Below are positions 28,693 to 35,256 of a stretch of 42,609 nt of DNA, one piece after another (positions within the stretch are counted from its first letter, which is position 1; each line of letters starts with the position of its first letter). The notes beneath the pieces are model-generated. The model saw nothing but the letters and a program-made list of their open reading frames with translations, ran no database searches and had not been told where the DNA came from. This stretch comes from Elusimicrobiota bacterium. GTDB lineage: Bacteria > Elusimicrobiota > Elusimicrobia > Elusimicrobiales > UBA9959. A program made the translations under genes and the position numbers. Location of the stretch: contig DAOWCC010000001.1 in NCBI GenBank assembly GCA_030639665.1, forward strand, positions 1-42,609, written 5' to 3'.

Positions 28693-28881
28693 ATGAAAAG
28701 AAAAGCATTGGTTAAACATCTTATGCAGCAAGGCTGCAAACTTTTAAGAGAAGGCGGCAAATACTCCATTTTTGTTAACGCCACCGCGGAAAAAGAAGTT
28801 CCCGTGACCAGACATACGGAAATTGCCGATTTTACCGCAAGGAAAATATGCAAAGACTTAGGCGTAGATCCCGCCAGATAA
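28693..28881 (+). CDS. hicA: HicA-like (YcfA) small protein, orphan; the predicted catalytic His position is occupied by Tyr
   Basis: 62 aa. ALVKHLMQQGCKLLREGGKYSIFVN...VPVTRHTEIADFTARKICKDLGV aligns to the HicA pattern ELIKxLxxxGxxxxRxxGSHxxY...VPxHxxxxLxxGTLxxIxKQxGL. No HicB-like ORF on either side. Confidence 0.6.
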   Translation: MKRKALVKHLMQQGCKLLREGGKYSIFVNATAEKEVPVTRHTEIADFTARKICKDLGVDPAR

Positions 28882-29147
28882 CCATATCACCCGCGCAGGC
28901 GGTGAAAGCGACTCCGGAAATTATTGTGGAGCGTATATCGCCGCGAACGGGCGGAGGGATAAATCCGCCAAGCGCCTTTCGTCCCAATAATAATTTAAGG
29001 GAGCTTTATCGGCAGGTTTCAACCTCTGAATCTTCGGTGGATTTATTAAGCAATAAAGGAAAGAGTCCAAGCGATAGCGGCGAAAAAACAGCAGCTTCGT
29101 TATCTCAAGAGGGGGGCAGGGTGACTTTGTTTCAATTTCGTAAGAGA

Positions 29148-29525
29148 ATGAAATTTTTTTTGGTTTTAGTGTCTTTCATGTTTCTTTCTTCTTGCGCGAG
29201 TAAAATGAGTCTCATTCAAACGGGTCCGTGGAGCGGTGGGCGCGATGTGAAGGATATTAAGCATTTCGCAAGCAGAAATCAAATCAAAGAGTCTTGGATT
29301 GCCATAGCTGTCATTCGCGGCGATAAAGTTAATCCGTCCGATAGAAAAAAAATAAACAAAGAGATTGAAAGAGCGAAACAAATGTCCGCCGATATAGGCG
29401 CCGACGGCGTGGTATTGGTGGAAAAAAGGGTTACCAAGAACACTGCCCGTTTTTCTAAAGATATCGGGAAGGTTTTTATAACCGGTATCGCGATACAATA
29501 TGTTACCGAAGAACAAACAAAATAA
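29148..29525 (+). CDS. small lipoprotein, unknown function
   Basis: MKFFLVLVSFMFLSSC lipobox. An in-frame GTG at 29121 behind agaggggggcagg is an alternative start. The 100 codons upstream in the track ORF look non-coding. Confidence 0.6.
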   Translation: MKFFLVLVSFMFLSSCASKMSLIQTGPWSGGRDVKDIKHFASRNQIKESWIAIAVIRGDKVNPSDRKKINKEIERAKQMSADIGADGVVLVEKRVTKNTARFSKDIGKVFITGIAIQYVTEEQTK

Positions 29526-30225
29526 AACCGATAATTTTTTTGTTAAAGTCGCTTATGAGACCGATGAAATTCGGAAGTGGACGGGAAGAATTATTGTCGT
29601 GGACTTATTCAGGTTCTCAAACACCGTTTGCGCTCTTATACTAAGCGGAAGAAAAAGCATAAAAATATATTCAGAGCCCAAACTGGCCATTGCCGCCAAA
29701 AAAATCAAAAAAAACACGGATTTGTTTTCAGAAATAGATTTTCCTTTCATTGAGAGATATGACAATTCTCCCCATCTTGCCATGAATTCTTTAGATGCGT
29801 CTAAAGATGCCGTTATAGTAACCCGTTCAGGTTCGAAAACGGTTATGGCCTCTGAAGGAGCCAAAGAAATAATTATAGGCTGTTTTGCCAATATGCCGCA
29901 AATTTGCGAATACGCTTCACAAAATAAAATTGATACTCTAATAGCGCCCGCTTGCCTTTTTTATAATAGAAATCATGTGGAAGATTTTATATGCGCTCGT
30001 TCCATGGATGACGCGCTTAATGGAAAAGATACTTTTGATGAGGCTTGTGAAGAAATACATAAAACATCCAGAATTATAGACCTTATCGCTTTAAGGCCTG
30101 AAACCGGAAGAAAAGATATTGAAATGATATTAAAAAAAGGAACAATGAAGGTTTTACCCAAGGCTGTTATAAAGGGAGTTTTTGCCGAAGTTTTTGATAT
30201 TTCGAATGGGCTTAAGGGAGAGTGA
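29500..30225 (+). CDS. divergent 2-phosphosulfolactate phosphatase (ComB) family protein
   Basis: IIVVDLFRFSNTV, YDNSP, VTRSGSKTV, GCFANMPQI and VEDFICA line up with the ComB-family blocks VIDVLRASTTI / GNSP / TTNGT / N..A / EDxxCAG as I recall them. Confidence 0.45.
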   Translation: MLPKNKQNKTDNFFVKVAYETDEIRKWTGRIIVVDLFRFSNTVCALILSGRKSIKIYSEPKLAIAAKKIKKNTDLFSEIDFPFIERYDNSPHLAMNSLDASKDAVIVTRSGSKTVMASEGAKEIIIGCFANMPQICEYASQNKIDTLIAPACLFYNRNHVEDFICARSMDDALNGKDTFDEACEEIHKTSRIIDLIALRPETGRKDIEMILKKGTMKVLPKAVIKGVFAEVFDISNGLKGE

Positions 30226-30226
30226 A

Positions 30227-30910
30227 ATGAATCATAAGAAAAAAGCGGTGATTATGTTTTCGGGCGGTCTTGATTCCACCGCGGCTTTGTGTTGGGCCTT
30301 GGATAAAGGTTATGAATGTTTTGCCGTAACCATTTCATATGGACAGAAGCATATTAAAGAGAAAAAAAGCGCTCAACGCATAGCCAAATTATTGGGTGTT
30401 AAATTATTTGATTTAAAACTGGATTTGCCTTGGCTTAAAAGCAGCTCTTTGGTTGATAAAAATAAAAAAATTCCCAGTTTTAAAGTTTCTGAAATAAATG
30501 GTAAAAAAATTCCGTCCACTTATGTGCCGGGCAGGAATCTGATGTTTACTTCCATAGGTGTTTCTTTGGCTGATTCCATTAAAGCCGAAGCGGTTGTTTT
30601 AGGTCCCAATATAGTGGATTATTCCGGCTATCCCGATTGCCGCCCCGTGTTTTATAATGCTTTGGAAAAGGCCGTTAATTACGGCACGGAAGCGGGAAGT
30701 TCGGGCGGTAAAATAAAATTGCTTATGCCATTGATAAAAATGAGCAAGGCGGACATTATAAAGCTTTCAATCAAATTAAAAGCGCCGCTCAAATATACCT
30801 GGTCCTGCTATTCGGGTTTAAAAAAGCCTTGCGGTGATTGTGATTCCTGCAAGCTTCGAGCGAAAGGTTTTGCCGAGGCCGGCATTAAGGATCCCGCGTT
30901 AATAAAATGA
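30227..30910 (+). CDS. queC: 7-cyano-7-deazaguanine synthase
   Basis: AVIMFSGGLDST; C-terminal Zn cluster CYSGLKKPCGDCDSCKLR. Confidence 0.93.
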   Translation: MNHKKKAVIMFSGGLDSTAALCWALDKGYECFAVTISYGQKHIKEKKSAQRIAKLLGVKLFDLKLDLPWLKSSSLVDKNKKIPSFKVSEINGKKIPSTYVPGRNLMFTSIGVSLADSIKAEAVVLGPNIVDYSGYPDCRPVFYNALEKAVNYGTEAGSSGGKIKLLMPLIKMSKADIIKLSIKLKAPLKYTWSCYSGLKKPCGDCDSCKLRAKGFAEAGIKDPALIK

Positions 30911-31600
30911 TTAAGGCCAAGATAAGTGAAATATTTTGTTCAATTCAGGGCGAGGGCTTATATCTCGGTCAAAAACAGATTTTCGTAAGATTTGCGGGTT
31001 GTAATCTTGATTGCGACTATTGCGATGAATCCAAAGCGAAAGATGGTGAAAAATTTTCTCTGCAATCACCGGAAGAAGTTGTTGAAAAAATAAAATTATT
31101 CAAAAAAAAAAGAAAATCCCGAGGCTGTCTCTTTAACCGGCGGGGAGCCTTTATTGCAAATGGCTTTCATAGAAAAACTTTTGCCTTTGATTAAAAAAAC
31201 AGGACTTCAAATTCATTTGGAAACAAATGCCGTTTTATTTAAGGAGTTTGAAAAGATAGCTGAAATGGCAGATGTGATTGCCGCTGATATAAAGCTTCCG
31301 AGCGCTACCGGAAAATCCCTTTGGACTGAGCATGAAGAATTTCTGCGCTTAGCGCCTGAAAAAATTTTTGTTAAAATTGTCGTTACTTCAAAAACAAAGC
31401 TTGATGAAATTCAAAAAGCTTTTGAGATGATAAATAAAATTTCTCCTAAAATGCCGGTTTTTATTCAGCCCGTTACGGAAAGTGGAGTTGTAAAAAAACC
31501 CGGAAAAGAGTTTTTTGACAGAATTGAGAAAATTTCTTTAAATATGAAAATGAAGTATAAAATTTTGCCGCAACAGCATCCCATCTGGGGAATAAGATAA
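30907..31600 (+). CDS. queE: 7-carboxy-7-deazaguanine synthase (radical SAM), interrupted by a frameshift in an A10 run (31102-31111)
   Basis: EIFCSIQGEGLYLGQKQIFVRFAGCNLDCDYCD in frame 0. AVSLTGGEPLLQ...HLETNA continues in frame +1. With A9 the two join as ...KLFKKKENPEAVSLTGGEP. Confidence 0.88.
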
Positions 31601-31692
31601 ACAGCAGGTTAAGATTAAGGTTGAGATTAAGATAGTTAGCTAAACTTAATAGAGGTTTCTTGTTTTTCTTGGTCTTAATCTTGATCTGCTGT
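31601..31692 (+). repeat. Hexamer-periodic long hairpin element, copy 4 (best preserved)
   Basis: acagcag-gttaag-attaag-gttgag-attaag (31601-31632) pairs with ttcttggtcttaatcttgatctgctgt (31666-31692): 26 consecutive pairs, 6 of them G-U. It starts at the first nt after the queE stop. Confidence 0.85.
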
Positions 31693-31706
31693 TCTTTGGA
31701 GGAAAT

Positions 31707-32012
31707 ATGAGTGAAGAAACTTTTTTGATTGATTGTCCTTTATGTGAAGCCAGGATTGAAGTGGAAAGAAAAACAGGCAAGGTCGTAAAGCATTGGGCGA
31801 AACCTAAATTGAAAAAAGGGGAAGACCCTTTTAAAAAGGCTCTTGAAGGAATTAAGGCGAATGAAAATAAGCTGGATGATTATTTTTCAGGGGCGCAGAA
31901 TTCTATGGAAGATAAAAAGAAAGAGCTTCTGGATAAATTTGAAAAAGAGAAAAAGAGAATTAAAGATTCGGGAGATACTTCAAAGCCCATTAATCCTATG
32001 GATTTAGATTAG
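31707..32012 (+). CDS. small hypothetical protein with one CxxC knuckle and a Lys/Glu-rich tail
   Basis: GGAGG upstream; DCPLCEARIEVERKTGKVV; no family recognised. Confidence 0.55.
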   Translation: MSEETFLIDCPLCEARIEVERKTGKVVKHWAKPKLKKGEDPFKKALEGIKANENKLDDYFSGAQNSMEDKKKELLDKFEKEKKRIKDSGDTSKPINPMDLD

Positions 32013-32195
32013 TAAGCGTTTATTGAGTTAATAGAGTGGACTACGCTATCATGTCGTGAGTTGGCAGGACACCCATAAGCGCTCAAGTTAATGGCGTTTG
32101 TAGCGTAGTTAAGGAGTATAAGGGAGTCTGTTTCTGATATTTACACAATAAACTCTAAAAACGCTGAACGCAATGAACGCTTTATATTTTAACTA

Positions 32196-32226
32196 AGGAC
32201 CTATTTCCGTATGGGTCCTTTTTTCT
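32196..32226 (+). terminator. Intrinsic terminator-like hairpin plus T-run upstream of PLD paralog 1
   Basis: aggaccta (32196-32203) / tgggtcct (32212-32219), 8 bp including one G-U, followed by a T-run. Confidence 0.6.
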
Positions 32227-32283
32227 TATTTTTATGCCTTTATGACTCTTATAACAATGGGACTTTATGTATAAAATGTAGAT

Positions 32284-33945
32284 ATGATAAATAACAAAAA
32301 TTCACTTATCAAAACTTTTTTCTTATTTCTCATCATATTTCAGTTAGTCGCGGTTCAATCCGCTATTGCCCTTGGCGAAAATGAAATAACCGCCAATTAT
32401 AAAGAAAAAATAATAAACACATCCCACGCGCTCGGCATTGGCGTTTATGAAGATTTTCCGGTTGAATTTGCCGGAGAAGATAATGTTTTAAAAAATATGG
32501 ATATTGTTTATTCTAAAACCACCGCTTTTGGAAAGGCGCAAGATATTACAATTCCCGCGCCCAAGAGAATCGTTCCCGAAAGAACTTTTACGGATGAAGT
32601 TGAAGGTTATTGGGGTTATGCCACCACTCTCTATTATATTTTTAAAACCAAAATCGCGGATTCAGGTATTCTTCCGTGGAAAGACGGAGCGCCTTCTTTT
32701 GAGGAATCATCCCGAAAAGCTATCGCCAGGGTAAAAAATTCCGATTTTCCGTCCAGAAAGGCAGGGCAGACTTCTTTGCTTAAAAATGAAGGTTTCTTAA
32801 AAGAAATGGAATCTCTTTCAGGCGCCAAATTTACCGATGGCAATACCTCCGAATTTCTTATAGACGGAAAAGCTTCTTTTGGCATGAAGGATAAGCTTAT
32901 AAAAGAAGCCAAGAAAAGCATATATATAGCAAGCTATTCTTTTCATGATGATATTACGGGTTATGAAACATCGGATATGCTTATAGCCCAGAAAAAAAAG
33001 GGTATTGATATTAAAATAATAGTGGATCATAAGGTGGTTAATATCTCGGGGAGAATTGTCAAACGCATGCAGAAAGCCGGCATAGAAGTTATCCGTTATA
33101 TAGATTCAAAAAGAACCGGAGATTATTGGCATGTTAAATTATTGATGGTGGATGATAAATACGCCATAGTCGGCGGCATGAATTACGCGGATTATTATTC
33201 TCATAAAAATCCCGATACCCCCCAATGGCGCGATACCGATGTTCTTTATACCGGGCCCGCCGTGATGGAATCTAGAAAAATATTCGCCGGAATTTGGAAT
33301 GGCCTGATTAAAGAAAAAAAGCTCTCTTTCGACAGCATGGATGAAAATATTAATTCCAATGAGGCCAGTGGCGGCTCGGCCCGCATAGCGGTAATGTATT
33401 GGAATCCGCCTTTAGGTTCTCCCACGATACTTTTAAGCATTATTAAAGCGATTTACGGAGCCACCGAACGCATTAATATCGAAAATCCTTATTATGTCGC
33501 GGTGCCGGCCATAACTCAAGCCGTATTGGATGCCAAGGCGCGCGGCGTGGAAGTTAATATTTTAACCAATTCTAAGAAAAGCATAGATCGCGACGGCAAG
33601 CCTATGGCTGATGTTATAATCAAGGGCCTGATTCCTTTAGTTTCTTCCGGCATAAATGTGTATTTAAAAAAAGGCGATACTCTTCATAGTAAATTTATGA
33701 CCATAGACGGAGTTTATTGTAATATCGGTTCGTATAATTTTCATCCCAGAAGTGAAAGATACGATACGGAAATGAATATCAGCATAATAGACCCGGCATC
33801 TGTTAAACAGCTTAATGAGGTGTTTGAGGAAGATTTGGCTGAGGCCATTAAAATAAACACTGTGGAAGATTTGGAATATGAGCCCGGCTGGCTGGCTAAA
33901 ATGATGGAAAAATATTTTTACGCTGAACTTTCACGGAAGAAATAA
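32284..33945 (+). CDS. secreted or membrane-anchored phospholipase D superfamily protein, two HKD motifs (paralog 1)
   Basis: N-terminal hydrophobic signal FFLFLIIFQLVAVQSAIA; HVKLLMVD...GGMN and HSKFMTID...GSYN. Confidence 0.85.
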   Translation: MINNKNSLIKTFFLFLIIFQLVAVQSAIALGENEITANYKEKIINTSHALGIGVYEDFPVEFAGEDNVLKNMDIVYSKTTAFGKAQDITIPAPKRIVPERTFTDEVEGYWGYATTLYYIFKTKIADSGILPWKDGAPSFEESSRKAIARVKNSDFPSRKAGQTSLLKNEGFLKEMESLSGAKFTDGNTSEFLIDGKASFGMKDKLIKEAKKSIYIASYSFHDDITGYETSDMLIAQKKKGIDIKIIVDHKVVNISGRIVKRMQKAGIEVIRYIDSKRTGDYWHVKLLMVDDKYAIVGGMNYADYYSHKNPDTPQWRDTDVLYTGPAVMESRKIFAGIWNGLIKEKKLSFDSMDENINSNEASGGSARIAVMYWNPPLGSPTILLSIIKAIYGATERINIENPYYVAVPAITQAVLDAKARGVEVNILTNSKKSIDRDGKPMADVIIKGLIPLVSSGINVYLKKGDTLHSKFMTIDGVYCNIGSYNFHPRSERYDTEMNISIIDPASVKQLNEVFEEDLAEAIKINTVEDLEYEPGWLAKMMEKYFYAELSRKK

Positions 33946-33985
33946 GTTTGGATAGTAGATATAAATATTTAAAGGAGTCTTTAAT

Positions 33986-35023
33986 ATGAAAAAATATCTG
34001 ATAATTTCAATTTTAATTTTGTTGGCGCAAGGAAGTTACGCGCAAAACGCTGAATTTTTAAAATTATCGTCCAATATTAAATCCATAGATATCGGCTCAT
34101 TGCAGGATAAAGCGGAAATGCCGTTATTGGCGTCCCTCGCGTCAATCAAAGAAGAAAATTCAGTGCCCGTCAATGATTTGGAATTTTCCAAAGAATATGT
34201 TTTACAACAGATTATGGCTGAAACTTGGGATCTAGTGGAAAATATCGATTCAATTATACTGTTTCCCAAAAAAATAATGGGTGACGCGCGTTTATACATT
34301 TTAACGCGATTTTTTGAAGAGACCTATAATTATTCTTTAGTAAATAAAAGTGCCGGCGCGTCAGTTGACAGGCTCGCGCTTATTAACGCCATATGGGCTT
34401 TAGGTGAATTGGGTAATTCCGCGTCCGTAAAAACCATAATTAAGGCTTTTCCTTCAGCCGATCAGACAATGCGTTTAAATATGATGGCGGCCCTCGGTAA
34501 AATAAAATCGCCGCAAGCATCCAAAGAACTGAATAAAATAATGATTGACGGCGGAAATGAAGAAATGAGTTTCATTGAAGCGGGAGATATTGTGTTTCGC
34601 AAAGGTTATTTCGGTTTGCTTAATCCGATAGTTAAAGCGCAATCGGTTGGACATGTCGCTGTTTATGTGGGCATGGAAAACGGCGAGCCAATGGTTATAG
34701 AGGCATGGACATCCATGAGAAAAGCTTCATTGCGCAAGTATATAGGTAATTGGCCTTTTTATGGGAATTACACTACATATCCCAAACCGACTATGGAGCA
34801 AAGAAATAAAATAGTCGATTATGCGACCGCCCAACTGGGAAAACCTTTTTCTATCCTGCATTTAAGTCAAAAAGGCAGTGAAAAATTTGATTGCGTGGGT
34901 TTGGCGGAGGCCGCTTATGAAGCGGCGGGTTTAAATCCCACTCCCGATGAACTCGAAATTGGCTGGGGCTGGCCGCTTACTCCCACCGAGCAATATGAGA
35001 ATGTTTTTCCAAATTTTAAATAA
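33986..35023 (+). CDS. secreted HEAT-repeat protein with a C-terminal permuted papain-like (NlpC/P60 clan, C92 YiiX/YaeF-like) domain
   Basis: Signal MKKYLIISILILLAQGSYA. HEAT-like AIWALGELGNSASVKTIIKAF...MMAALGKIKSPQASKEL. GDIVFRKG...GHVAVYVG...VIEAW...FDCVGLAEAAYEAAGL places His before Cys, the permuted order. Confidence 0.65.
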   Translation: MKKYLIISILILLAQGSYAQNAEFLKLSSNIKSIDIGSLQDKAEMPLLASLASIKEENSVPVNDLEFSKEYVLQQIMAETWDLVENIDSIILFPKKIMGDARLYILTRFFEETYNYSLVNKSAGASVDRLALINAIWALGELGNSASVKTIIKAFPSADQTMRLNMMAALGKIKSPQASKELNKIMIDGGNEEMSFIEAGDIVFRKGYFGLLNPIVKAQSVGHVAVYVGMENGEPMVIEAWTSMRKASLRKYIGNWPFYGNYTTYPKPTMEQRNKIVDYATAQLGKPFSILHLSQKGSEKFDCVGLAEAAYEAAGLNPTPDELEIGWGWPLTPTEQYENVFPNFK

Positions 35024-35169
35024 TTAAAATTTGTTTTCCGATTGTTCGTCAATTTATAATGGCGACAAGTCTCTGGCCTATAACCTAATTTAGGCCTTAT
35101 AGTCCTAAAAAAGTTATGTTGTTAAAGGTTGTTTTTTACTTGTAACCTGTGACCTAATTTAGGTCTTAT

Positions 35170-35200
35170 GGACCTAAATTTATATAGGTCCTTTTTTTTT
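35170..35200 (+). terminator. Intrinsic terminator-like hairpin plus T9 upstream of PLD paralog 2
   Basis: ggaccta-aatttata-taggtcc followed by ttttttttt. Homologous to 32196-32226. Two related hairpins lie upstream (35075-35105 and about 35146-35170). Confidence 0.6.
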
Positions 35201-35256
35201 GTTTTCATGCCTTTTTATCCCTTACGATAATTGTGTTTTATCCGTACACTATGGAT

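Noticed and set aside
28848-29147. First 100 codons of the 225-aa track ORF (28848..29525), overlapping the hicA 3' end
   Set aside because: There is no SD, it overlaps hicA, its composition is unlike coding genes here, and no family is recognisable. A clean lipoprotein signal peptide starts at 29148 (or GTG 29121). I treated it as non-coding, possibly structured RNA.
30100-30226. preQ1 riboswitch upstream of queC, or in the 28882-29147 leader
   Set aside because: I looked for the compact preQ1-I hairpin followed by an A-rich tail ending near the SD. queC is preceded directly by coding sequence, and the GC-rich leader at 28882-29120 does not show that motif. A cmscan could still overturn this.
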